Below, piece by piece: positions 8,053-16,748 of a stretch of DNA of 64,000 nucleotides; position 1 is the first letter of the stretch; each line of letters begins with the position of its first letter. Source of the stretch: a virus. Below the pieces are notes generated by a model that saw only the letters and a program-made list of their open reading frames with translations, had not been told where the DNA came from and did not search any database. The position numbers were made by a program, and so were the translations under genes. The DNA lies in IMG/VR virus record IMGVR_UViG_3300047678_000094, positions 1-64,000 of that record. One strand, 5' to 3'.

Positions 8053-8383
8053 GTAATGATAGTGAACTGAGGAATATTAAACCAAGCAACACGAGGGTGC
8101 AAATCCCTCCGTCTCCACCAAAAGCCCATACACCTTGGTTGATCGCCAGGTCGTTTCTTGATGGCGCCGCAAGGCTAAGGGGATGGGTTTTTGATGGGGA
8201 CGATTTTAGGTTCGACTGTTTGTAAATAGGTTCTGAGGCTATCCGGATGTTCTCCGTTAAACGAACAAAAACTAGAAATGCAACGCAAGTCGCAAACGAT
8301 AACGAAGATTTCTCAGCAATGAAAATTGCTGCCTAATCTTTAGGTATCCGGAGACGCCAGGTTCTCTGTAAAATAAACCTGGC
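8053..8383 (+). ncRNA. ssrA: circularly permuted two-piece tmRNA; acceptor piece ends at 8120, coding piece starts at 8196, tag (A)ANDNEDFSAMKIAA at 8292-8336
   Basis: T-arm GAGGG-TGCAAAT-CCCTC plus CGTCTCC-A-CCA lies upstream of GGGGACG...GGTTCGAC. The two pair into an acceptor stem with G3:U70. The intervening segment is self-paired, and the tag reads ANDN...AA-stop. The outer ends are approximate. Confidence 0.92.
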
Positions 8384-8414
8384 ATTACATTTTCAACAAC
8401 AGAAAGAATAACAA

Positions 8415-8927
8415 ATGAGAAAAGCACTTATCGCTCTCGCAGCCGCACTCACCCTTTCAGCACCAGCATTCGCTCAAGAAGTGTCAGTTGGGTCAACCTC
8501 AAAGGGATCAACCTTTGCAAACGTCTCTAACGTTTGGTCTCTCGAAAACAAAGTTGAAGTTATTGGGGAAGTTCGTCTCTCAAGCAAAAACGCAAACACT
8601 GTCAAGGTTGGTGTTCAACGCAATTTCGTTGAAGTTGGTCCGGTGTCACTTGGTGGACGTCTGAATTTCGTTCAAGGTTTCGGCAAAACAAGTTGGTCAG
8701 GTTATTCTGTCGAACCAACCGCGTCCTTCAAATATGATAAAGCTGCTGTAACAGTTGGCTATGAGATTGGAGACTCATTCTCTTCTCGCCATAAACAGGA
8801 TGTTGAAACAGCTAAAGTTACTGTGATGTATCCATTCACCTTTGGTAACTTCGGTCTTCAATATGAAAACGAACGTGGTGATCTGAAGCAAGAATCGGTT
8901 TCACTAGTCTACTCACTCAAGCATTAA
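8415..8927 (+). CDS. signal-peptide protein, probable outer-membrane beta-barrel
   Basis: Sec signal MRKALIALAAALTLSAPAFA, alternating amphipathic strands, and C-terminal VSLVYSLKH. Confidence 0.65.
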   Translation: MRKALIALAAALTLSAPAFAQEVSVGSTSKGSTFANVSNVWSLENKVEVIGEVRLSSKNANTVKVGVQRNFVEVGPVSLGGRLNFVQGFGKTSWSGYSVEPTASFKYDKAAVTVGYEIGDSFSSRHKQDVETAKVTVMYPFTFGNFGLQYENERGDLKQESVSLVYSLKH

Positions 8928-9156
8928 ATTTCTAAGGATGGGGACTATCCTTTAAAAGTCCCAACATTTTTTCACGGAAAAAATTTCTGATCGACCAAGC
9001 ACAGTGAATGGACCCGCCTGTTAAGCGCAGAGCTCTGCGGCGCGCAACTAAAAACGCCAACATTGACGTTGGACCAAAAGAGAACAAGAAGTTCATGAGC
9101 GCCGGATATGGTTCTGGTGTCACGGTTTCTGAGTTCCCCAAAAGAGAAGACCAAGC

Positions 9157-9411
9157 ATGGTATCCAAAACCCAAGACCTCAAACTAGGTAAAACAATTGA
9201 TCCTCAGCAGCTGTACAAGGAACTCGAACAAATCGTTCGGGATAGCCATGTCAGCTATGGGGATGCAATCATTCATTACTGTGAACGCGGAAAACTTGAG
9301 ATCGAGACGGTGGCTGAGGTGGTTAAGAAAAACCCCAAGTTGACGTCCGCGCTCCAGAACGAGTTTGAGAACCTCAATATGCTCCCTAAAACAGCGAGAC
9401 TGCCTGTATGA
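9157..9411 (+). CDS. gp33: late promoter transcription coactivator
   Basis: SY.DAIIHYCE...LEIETVA...LNMLPKTARLP; synteny with gp59 and gp32. Confidence 0.85.
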   Translation: MVSKTQDLKLGKTIDPQQLYKELEQIVRDSHVSYGDAIIHYCERGKLEIETVAEVVKKNPKLTSALQNEFENLNMLPKTARLPV

Positions 9412-9977
9412 CAGCCTTCGAGGCTTACGTCAAGTTTCTAGCACTCAAGCAGCACTTTACATCGGATTACGATTACCAGAAGTATTGCGGTAAGGTGCGA
9501 GCCGACCCCAGTAAGTTTGAGGTTAAGAAGGACAAGTACCTGTTCCAGAAACTGGCAAAGCGGCTGGATCCGGAAATGTACATCGTCGCCAATCTGATTG
9601 ATAGAGACGTCACTTGGATTGGTGATCTGTTCGGCGAGGCGGCCGAGAAGGCATATACCGACTGGTTGAAGCGCAAAGAGTCTCTAACATACGTATTCAA
9701 ACAGGACATCGGTAAGCTGCTTGATGAGTTTGATAAGAATTTCGTTGTTGAAGATGGACAGCACCCATACCTCCTCAAGCTCTATAAGAGAAAGATGATC
9801 TGTATCGAGACGTTGATCATCCTTGATGACATTCTCGACTTCACGAAACATTGGAATAAGCGAATAAATGATTCAGTCATGTGGCCAACTATTTACAGAA
9901 AATGCTTGAAATACCGCCCCTTCTTAGAGTATACTAAGGGTAAGTATCGCACAATCCTTAAGGATAAGTTTGTCTGA
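9408..9977 (+). CDS. gp59: helicase loader
   Basis: AFEAY..FLALKQHFT..YDY.KY.GK and ICIETLIILD motifs. Confidence 0.9.
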   Translation: MTAFEAYVKFLALKQHFTSDYDYQKYCGKVRADPSKFEVKKDKYLFQKLAKRLDPEMYIVANLIDRDVTWIGDLFGEAAEKAYTDWLKRKESLTYVFKQDIGKLLDEFDKNFVVEDGQHPYLLKLYKRKMICIETLIILDDILDFTKHWNKRINDSVMWPTIYRKCLKYRPFLEYTKGKYRTILKDKFV

Positions 9978-10152
9978 AATTACCGCATATGTTCGTAGCA
10001 TGTTTATGAGACAGCTTGCTCATGACATCTTAAGCGTTCAACCAATGAACTTACCAATTTTATTCGATTCGTTTAAAAGAGTAAATCGTTTAAGCGAAGA
10101 GTGGATTAATAACGACCACCTTTATTATCTATGGAGTGACCCCATTGTCTGA
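9970..10152 (+). CDS. small protein carrying a major-capsid-like LAHDILSVQPM motif
   Basis: ORF between gp59 and the methyltransferase; TTG start. Confidence 0.4.
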   Translation: MSEITAYVRSMFMRQLAHDILSVQPMNLPILFDSFKRVNRLSEEWINNDHLYYLWSDPIV

Positions 10153-11074
10153 TGAAATGTTTACCTACCAAGCAGCGCCGTATATACCACAGGTTGATAC
10201 GAGTCTCACGTGTCCATCACCTATTTGGTCCGACTTTAATCCGGAGTCACCCGCGTCCCAGAAGATGGTCCGTGCTAAACGCATCAACGATGGTAACTTC
10301 TGGAATGAGATGAGAGCAGTGTTTGATTACGACTTCAACACTCTCCCGCTTGAACGATACAAGGCATGGGCATCTACGTTCATGGTGCCTATTATGTCTA
10401 GGAACAAACCAGCTGAATACATTGGTATGGCTCTAGCTGATGCCTCACATAATGAACAGGTCCGTGATGCTCTAACGGAGCCTCTGGTTGGGATGACCAT
10501 TGAGGACTTCAATGCCCATTACCGCGTGTTCGATAATAACCTGATGACGATGAACCGCATCTTCCTCTATGGACACCTGAAGTATTTCACAACAGGACTC
10601 CCATGCCATGAAGCATCAACGCAGGTCCGTCAGTACCTAAAGGGTCTGAAGCGCATCGTTGAGATCGGTGCTGGGGCTGGTGAGATGGCAGATGTATGCC
10701 GTCAGCTGGGTTTCGAAGGCGAATATGTGATCTATGACTTCAAGGAACTGACTAACATTCAGCAGTGGTTCCATGAAAAGCGTGGCCACAAGAACACTAA
10801 ATATGTACATGATGTGAATGATCTGGAGCCTGCAGACCTCTGTATTGCTACATGGTCACTAACTGAAATGCCAATTGCGGATCGTGCCGCAGTGATGCAA
10901 AAACTAGGTGACACGAGAGACTGGCTCGTTACCTACACCGATAAAATCTTCGGTATGGAAAATGAGGAATGGATTATTAATGACTTTCTACCACGTTTCG
11001 ACGACAGAGAGGCGATCATACAGCCGTTCTGGGATAACGAGTCGAAATACGTGTTCGTTAGACATACACCGTAA
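10136..11074 (+). CDS. SAM-dependent methyltransferase, putative sugar O-methyltransferase
   Basis: IVEIGAGAG, YVIYD and DLCIATWSLTEMP motifs; the start is uncertain. Confidence 0.7.
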   Translation: MTPLSDEMFTYQAAPYIPQVDTSLTCPSPIWSDFNPESPASQKMVRAKRINDGNFWNEMRAVFDYDFNTLPLERYKAWASTFMVPIMSRNKPAEYIGMALADASHNEQVRDALTEPLVGMTIEDFNAHYRVFDNNLMTMNRIFLYGHLKYFTTGLPCHEASTQVRQYLKGLKRIVEIGAGAGEMADVCRQLGFEGEYVIYDFKELTNIQQWFHEKRGHKNTKYVHDVNDLEPADLCIATWSLTEMPIADRAAVMQKLGDTRDWLVTYTDKIFGMENEEWIINDFLPRFDDREAIIQPFWDNESKYVFVRHTP

Positions 11075-11105
11075 TACAAACATACAACATACAAGGATAT
11101 ACGAC

Positions 11106-12056
11106 ATGGTTGATTTCAAATCAATGAAGAAAAACTCGAGCAACTTCGATAAGCTCACCAAAGCCCTTGCGGAACAAAATCAGGGCAGATCCAAAAAAGA
11201 AGGCGAAGAACGTTTCTGGTCCCCAACAGTTGATAAAGCTGGTAACGGGTTCGCGGTAATTCGTTTCCTCCCAGCACCCGGCGATGAGGATCTTCCTTTC
11301 GTTCGCATGTGGGACCACGGCTTCAAAGGCCCAGGTGGTTGGTACATCGAAAACTCGCTGACTACAATCGGTAAGGAAGACCCTGTTTCTGAGTTCAACT
11401 CTGAGCTCTGGAACCAGTCGGAGGACGACAATTCCCCACAACGTAAACAGGCCCGTGAACAAAAGCGACGCTTGTCTTATACATCAAACATCTATGTTGT
11501 GAAGGATCCAGGAAATCCCGACAACGAAGGTAAGGTGTTCCTCTACAAGTACGGTAAGAAAATCTTTGACAAGCTCAATGATGTGATGAACCCGCTGGAA
11601 GCAGAGGGTGAAGAAGCGATGAACCCATTCGACCTGTGGACAGGTGCCAACTTCAAAATAAAGATCCGTAAGGTCGACGGTTACCGTAACTACGATAAGT
11701 CGGAATTTGATGATGTTGGCCCGCTTCTTGATGATGACAAAGAGCTTGAAGCCATCTGGAAATCTGAGCACAGCCTAACTGAGCTTGTTGATCCAAAACA
11801 CTTTAAGAGCTATGAAGAACTTCAGAAACGCCTCAAGCATGTGCTTGGTGGTAAGTCCTCAGAACGCTCTAACGATGGTGAGTCCAAGGCTGGTAAAACA
11901 GCTGCGCCAAAGAAAGAAAAAGAAGCACCAGCACCAAAGCAGAAGGCTGCGAAAGCACCCAAGCCACCGGTGGATGATGCCGATGACAGTGAAGATGATG
12001 AAGAAGGTGGGCTTGAGTTCTTCTCTAAGCTTGCTAACGAAGAGGACGACGAATAG
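11106..12056 (+). CDS. gp32: single-stranded DNA-binding protein
   Basis: DKAGNGFAVIRFLP, HGFKGPGGWYIENS and NYDKSEF motifs, acidic tail, AAGGA RBS. Confidence 0.97.
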   Translation: MVDFKSMKKNSSNFDKLTKALAEQNQGRSKKEGEERFWSPTVDKAGNGFAVIRFLPAPGDEDLPFVRMWDHGFKGPGGWYIENSLTTIGKEDPVSEFNSELWNQSEDDNSPQRKQAREQKRRLSYTSNIYVVKDPGNPDNEGKVFLYKYGKKIFDKLNDVMNPLEAEGEEAMNPFDLWTGANFKIKIRKVDGYRNYDKSEFDDVGPLLDDDKELEAIWKSEHSLTELVDPKHFKSYEELQKRLKHVLGGKSSERSNDGESKAGKTAAPKKEKEAPAPKQKAAKAPKPPVDDADDSEDDEEGGLEFFSKLANEEDDE

Positions 12057-12077
12057 TCTAATCTTTCAGTGAATGTG

Positions 12078-12107
12078 AAAAAGGGAGCTTCGCGGCTCCC
12101 TTTTTTT
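12078..12107. terminator. bidirectional intrinsic terminator
   Basis: AAAAA-GGGAGC-TTCGCG-GCTCCC-TTTTTTT between convergent genes. Confidence 0.85.
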
Positions 12108-13779
12108 ATCCTTGCAATGAGAATTGTTCAGCAGATCGTAGCCAATTATTACCATCCGGCGGAGGAACAAACGCTGTCTCTGTAGGAGGCTTTTGACCGC
12201 CGGAAGCTTGAATAACGGTGTTGTTATTTTGTTGTACCGGTTTAGTTGACTGTGGTGCTGGTACCGGGCGACTAGCAGCAGCAAGATTGCGAGCACGATC
12301 AGCTTCAAGAGCAGCTCGCAGCTCTTCGACTGACACATTTGCTTTATTTCCGACAGCACCCTTATCAGCATATGTTTTACCTGTTCTTGGATCAGGTAAC
12401 CCACGCCATTCTTTGGCGGCATCAATCATTGCTGCCATGATGTCATTTGATTCCCCTGACAGATATGCGGATAGAGCTGGTCGTTTAGAGCCAGCCAAGT
12501 ACTCTTTAAAGATACGCTCTTGTAGTTTCTCGTCAAACAATTCTTTACCTGTTAGACCCATTTTTTCTTTGGCTTCTTTCAGTGTACTTGGAATGATCTG
12601 ATATTTACCAACAGCGAACAACTGCTTAGCATTCTGACGAGACATAACTTGATCCAGCGTCATCCTAGTAAGACCGATAGGTCCTTTGATGATAGCACTC
12701 GGTTTCTGTGGTTGGTTGTATGCGTTGTAACCAGCTGGCCCAGATTCAGCCTTACTGATTAAACTCGAGAACGATGATGCTGTCGTTGGTGCAGCTGCTA
12801 ATGCTGATGGAGCATTAGACATTGAACTGATTGGTTTTGGAACTTCAGCTGCCTTTGCTGCAGAAGTTGGTGGTGTTGTTGCTGGCGCAGGTGGTAGCAC
12901 AGGAGTTACCGGAGACTCTTTGTCTTTTTCTTTGTCTCCACCCCAGAGAGAATCCCACCAGTTACCGATATCCTTTGATGTTTTGTTCCACCAGTTACCG
13001 ATGTCGCTGTTCGTCTTAGTCCACCAGTTACCAACATCCTTTACCGTTGAGTCCCAAAGTTTTCCAGCGTCATTGACGAGATTACCAACTGTATCTGTGA
13101 ATGCTTTGGTTGCATCACCAATAGCTTTAGCGATAGGCTTCAGGTTTGTCACAAAAATCATAGCGGCTGTCTTCAGCAAGAATCCAAATAGATTTCCACC
13201 TTTTTCTTTAGCCATTTCTTTTAAGCCACCAAGACCTGGCGCTTCTTGATTCACAGCTTCCGCGTCTTGCTCACGAGCAGCGTTAGCACCTTGTTGTTGA
13301 ATCGCTAAGATTTTCTTCAGCGTGTCATCAATAGAACCAAGAAATTCGTTACTAACCGCACAACATTTGCTTGTTGGATCGTTGTCATTAGCGTGTTCTG
13401 TGTTCTGTTTAATCTGCCTAAGTAATTCAACTGATTGATTGCAGCATGAATCTTTCCCGTTTGAGGCGGCGTAGGCATTCTGCCCATTAGACATCTTCAG
13501 ATTAGAGTTCTGGTTTCTACCAGAACTCTGGAATATGTTTGATTTCTTTTGTGAGACGTCACCTTTAGATTTCCCAGTCTTACGAAGAACACCAGGAACA
13601 GTTCCAGACGGTGCTGTTGTGGCTCCCTTTACTTTCTTAGAAACCAAAGAGATTGCTTTGTCTTCTAAGAATTTTGAACCAATTGATTTCCCGGTGCGGC
13701 TTGCTACTGCACGTGTCGCAGCGCCTCTTACTGCTCCGCTCGCTGCAACTCTACCTACTGCTAATAAAAGAGGAATCAT
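12106..13779 (-). CDS. tape-measure/baseplate-hub-like protein with C-terminal lysozyme-like domain
   Basis: 11-aa-period GNWW repeats; ES..GYNAYN...AVGKYQIIPSTL...EW glycoside-hydrolase motif; position after gp26/gp51. Confidence 0.65.
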   Translation of the reverse strand: MIPLLLAVGRVAASGAVRGAATRAVASRTGKSIGSKFLEDKAISLVSKKVKGATTAPSGTVPGVLRKTGKSKGDVSQKKSNIFQSSGRNQNSNLKMSNGQNAYAASNGKDSCCNQSVELLRQIKQNTEHANDNDPTSKCCAVSNEFLGSIDDTLKKILAIQQQGANAAREQDAEAVNQEAPGLGGLKEMAKEKGGNLFGFLLKTAAMIFVTNLKPIAKAIGDATKAFTDTVGNLVNDAGKLWDSTVKDVGNWWTKTNSDIGNWWNKTSKDIGNWWDSLWGGDKEKDKESPVTPVLPPAPATTPPTSAAKAAEVPKPISSMSNAPSALAAAPTTASSFSSLISKAESGPAGYNAYNQPQKPSAIIKGPIGLTRMTLDQVMSRQNAKQLFAVGKYQIIPSTLKEAKEKMGLTGKELFDEKLQERIFKEYLAGSKRPALSAYLSGESNDIMAAMIDAAKEWRGLPDPRTGKTYADKGAVGNKANVSVEELRAALEADRARNLAAASRPVPAPQSTKPVQQNNNTVIQASGGQKPPTETAFVPPPDGNNWLRSAEQFSLQG

Positions 13780-13964
13780 CTATTATGTTCCATTGCTTTC
13801 TTTTTTTCTTCTAGATGCTGTATCAACATATCAACATATATGTCACGTTCGAATGGGAATAAATTTTCAATGTCATATATTGAGTATTTATGGTGTTGAA
13901 CTAGAGAGAATATCAGACTGTAGTAACTAGCTAGGCTGGTGTGACTCAGCCCAATGTAAAAAAA
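13776..13964 (-). CDS. gp51: baseplate hub assembly protein reading frame with no canonical start; probably reached by -1 frameshift from gp26
   Basis: Hand translation LSHTSLASYYSLIFSLVQHHKYSIYDIENLFPFERDIYVDMLIQHLEEKK matches the short gp51 of T4-like phages. Its stop overlaps the next ATG. Confidence 0.8.
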   Translation of the reverse strand, partial: FFYIGLSHTSLASYYSLIFSLVQHHKYSIYDIENLFPFERDIYVDMLIQHLEEKKKAMEHNR

Positions 13965-14656
13965 TCGTCCAAGCTGCTTAGTACAATCTGGCGCTCCGTT
14001 CCTTTACTGTTTTTGTAATTGATGACGTGCTCCATTTTTGGTGCATTCGCAAAGAATGTCTTAATTTTCTCGAGTGTCTTAGATGGAAGCGTGTCGATGA
14101 ACTCGGATAGTTCTTTGTCTGATTGCTCTTTGATGTCATATACAGTCTCACCATCAAAGATCTCAGTGATACAATTCTTCACGTAGAACGTCAGTAGGTC
14201 TACCTCATCAGCAAAATCCTCAAGCTGATCAATAGTAGAACCATCACCATGCTTAACCATGATTCCTACTGTGTCGTTGATCATGATTTTGTTACTGACT
14301 TTTTTCTTTGGCTTGGTTATTTTGATGTCAGCAATGTCAATCTTGAATTTGTATTCTTTGCCATCTTCATTGTCGATATACTCAAGACTAATGACGTTGT
14401 TGACCGAGATTCCACGTAGTTGTAGAAATAGATATTCGATGTCTACGATTTGTAGACTATCAACATCAAGCCCATCAACGGCGCAGTTGTTGATGACTTG
14501 CTTAACAGCCTTAAGTGTCTCCTTCTTACTCTTGGCTGATTGAGCCATTAGAAGAATCTTTTCTTCCTTCACAAGGAATGGACGAAAACGAACAACTTTA
14601 TCTGTAGATGGAATTGTGAATTCTGATACTGGGAATTCAATTTTTGGTAGTGCCAT
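13946..14656 (-). CDS. gp26: baseplate hub subunit/assembly chaperone
   Basis: MALPKI, RPFLVKEEKILLMA, DIEYLFLQLRG.SV and C-terminal DFF motifs. Confidence 0.92.
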   Translation of the reverse strand: MALPKIEFPVSEFTIPSTDKVVRFRPFLVKEEKILLMAQSAKSKKETLKAVKQVINNCAVDGLDVDSLQIVDIEYLFLQLRGISVNNVISLEYIDNEDGKEYKFKIDIADIKITKPKKKVSNKIMINDTVGIMVKHGDGSTIDQLEDFADEVDLLTFYVKNCITEIFDGETVYDIKEQSDKELSEFIDTLPSKTLEKIKTFFANAPKMEHVINYKNSKGTERQIVLSSLDDFFTLG

Positions 14657-14665
14657 GATATTTCC

Positions 14666-15622
14666 TTACTTAAAAATGCGATCAAATGCTTTTGAAATTT
14701 GGCGTTCGGCGCCACTATAGATCTCACCCTGGATCAGTTTACCAGTGGTGTCTAGAATACTACTTAATAAATCAGGTTTCTTGTACTCAAGCAAACCAGC
14801 ATCAATGATATCAGATGAAGATTTTGGTGAGATGCCATACCTTTCTTTGGCCTCTGCATCTAGAATCTTACCCATGCTGGTGAATTGCATTGACATGTGT
14901 GAATACTGCATAACAACGCTGTAGCGCATAGCTTCGTTGTCATTACCCCAACTGAGATCAATATCAGCCGTTTGAATAGGGAACGCATCGTAAAGCTTGA
15001 TTCCAAATGCGTTCAGGTTTGTTTGATCGTATATCCAAATACGAATAGTCGGTGACATGTATGTGTCACGGTATGTTAGCAGATATGGTTTGTATTTTCT
15101 ACCCCTTGGGCTGAACCCAAGGTCGGTGTTGTAATTCACTATAGCGTTTGTCCAAGTATTGAAGAAGGACAAGACTTTGGCGTTGCGATCAACAACGAAT
15201 TGGAGACGTATAGGGTTAAACGTTGGGAGATATGGTCTCTTTTCAATTTGACCTATACCATAACGTCTTACATCGTCATTGGTGAAGAAGTTCACCCCTG
15301 GAATTTGGACGTTTTCGCAACGAAGACTGATGAAGTTATCAGCATCTAAGTGGTTGTCTTTAACATACTCAGGATCATTGATAGCACTATACTCTGCCAA
15401 TCCATCTACACCTGGCGGTAAAGACAGCATCACAATGAAACGATTTGATTGTAGAATACCATTCAAATTTAATTCGGCGCGAGCTTCATCGATACCAAAT
15501 CTTGATGGTCTGCCAGTAACAACAACACGATCCGTTGTTTCTTCTAGAGGTAGAGTGGTTGGTTGTCCGCTTCTAAGAGCATCCGTATCAAGCTTGGGCA
15601 TTCTGTCGTCATAGTCGGTCAT
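14666..15622 (-). CDS. gp54: baseplate tail-tube initiator (tube-fold protein)
   Basis: LRCENVQIPG, FFNTW and LYDAFP..DIDLSW tube-family motifs; synteny. Confidence 0.65.
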   Translation of the reverse strand: MTDYDDRMPKLDTDALRSGQPTTLPLEETTDRVVVTGRPSRFGIDEARAELNLNGILQSNRFIVMLSLPPGVDGLAEYSAINDPEYVKDNHLDADNFISLRCENVQIPGVNFFTNDDVRRYGIGQIEKRPYLPTFNPIRLQFVVDRNAKVLSFFNTWTNAIVNYNTDLGFSPRGRKYKPYLLTYRDTYMSPTIRIWIYDQTNLNAFGIKLYDAFPIQTADIDLSWGNDNEAMRYSVVMQYSHMSMQFTSMGKILDAEAKERYGISPKSSSDIIDAGLLEYKKPDLLSSILDTTGKLIQGEIYSGAERQISKAFDRIFK

Positions 15623-15628
15623 GTAACA

Positions 15629-16222
15629 TTATCCTCTGATTATACGTTTGCTGTTTGCCCAAACAAACTGTTTAGACTCCTTCTTGAAGCGTTCAGTTGG
15701 AAGGAACAATGCTATATCCCATTCTTGTGGGGAGATGTACATGAATTTTGAACGCATGTGGTGACTAAGGTAACGTTTAATACAAGGTTCAAAAAATGGA
15801 ATTTTAGAAGCCTTTTTCAGCAGTTGATAGTTCATCTGAAGTTTGGTTGTCTCGTCATACTTGTCGTTGTTGGCGTATTCGTATAGCCCATCCATCAACT
15901 TTGCTCTTAATTGGGGTGGTAGATAGTGCATGTTTAATCCGAGAAACCCACCTTGGGCCTTTTCAAATGGAAACACGAGAGGAAAGGTGTCGAAGTATGG
16001 TAGATCTTTGCCTGTTTTTGGATCATAGAAAAACATATACATTGACCCAAGAATCGGCTGTGATGAAAGTCTTGTTGGATCTCCCTTGAAGAAGCTTTTC
16101 TCATTGATTGATTTAATCTTAGCAGCGGTATTTCTGTACCATTCGCGTGATCTCTTAGTCTCAGCTGGCACCTTACCAGCCTGAAGACCCTTTTTGATCA
16201 TGTCGTCAAAGAGTGTTGCCAT
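15629..16222 (-). CDS. gp2: DNA end protector protein
   Basis: MYMFFYDPK...LPYFDTFPL...GLNMHYLP motifs. Confidence 0.93.
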   Translation of the reverse strand: MATLFDDMIKKGLQAGKVPAETKRSREWYRNTAAKIKSINEKSFFKGDPTRLSSQPILGSMYMFFYDPKTGKDLPYFDTFPLVFPFEKAQGGFLGLNMHYLPPQLRAKLMDGLYEYANNDKYDETTKLQMNYQLLKKASKIPFFEPCIKRYLSHHMRSKFMYISPQEWDIALFLPTERFKKESKQFVWANSKRIIRG

Positions 16223-16243
16223 GTTTGTTCCTCAATTACCTCA

Positions 16244-16251
16244 TATTTATA
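16244..16251 (-). promoter_or_regulatory. T4-type late promoter for the gp2 operon
   Basis: TATAAATA on the minus strand, ~20 nt before the gp2 ATG. Confidence 0.75.
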
Positions 16252-16257
16252 CGAGAA

Positions 16258-16710
16258 TCAGAACTTTATTCCTAGATCTCGCGCACCCATTTTTACGAAT
16301 TTCCACCCCTTCATCGCGCAATAACGCTCCGCTGCAGCCCACTTCGCGCTGTTTATTCCCCATGTATATACTTCTTTGATGTACTGCTTGGTTGGACGTC
16401 CACCCTTAGTGTTTCTCGGCTTTGGCTCAACCATCTGCGACTCAGGTTTCACTTCAATAAGCACTTCTTCTATGGATCCATTGGGTGTGCGTTTCTTGAC
16501 CCAAAAGTCAGGGAAGTACCTGTGTTTTCTGTTGTCGATTGGTGATATGTAATGTATGATGATTTCTTCTGAACTCCATTCCAAAATATTGGGTTGGTTG
16601 TCTAAATACATCATTAGTTTTAGCTCCCAACCGCTTCTGTATATCACATTGGTCGGGTCGCCTTTGTACTTGTTTGGATTCTTTGGTTGGAACTTACCTT
16701 GATACGCCAT
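16258..16710 (-). CDS. gp4: head completion nuclease
   Basis: PKNPNKYKGD, YRSGWE, HRYFPDF, IEVKP and NSAKW motifs. Confidence 0.93.
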   Translation of the reverse strand: MAYQGKFQPKNPNKYKGDPTNVIYRSGWELKLMMYLDNQPNILEWSSEEIIIHYISPIDNRKHRYFPDFWVKKRTPNGSIEEVLIEVKPESQMVEPKPRNTKGGRPTKQYIKEVYTWGINSAKWAAAERYCAMKGWKFVKMGARDLGIKF

Positions 16711-16748
16711 CGAATAAATAGTCCTGTAAGCATTAAGAGGAAACCTTT

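Noticed and set aside
9008-9187. 59-aa ORF MDPPVKRR... upstream of gp33
   Set aside because: No clear RBS or recognisable motif, and it overlaps the gp33 start, so support is insufficient.
10908-11105. 66-aa N-terminal extension of gp32 in the ORF track
   Set aside because: It overlaps the methyltransferase. The RBS and family similarity point to the ATG at 11106.
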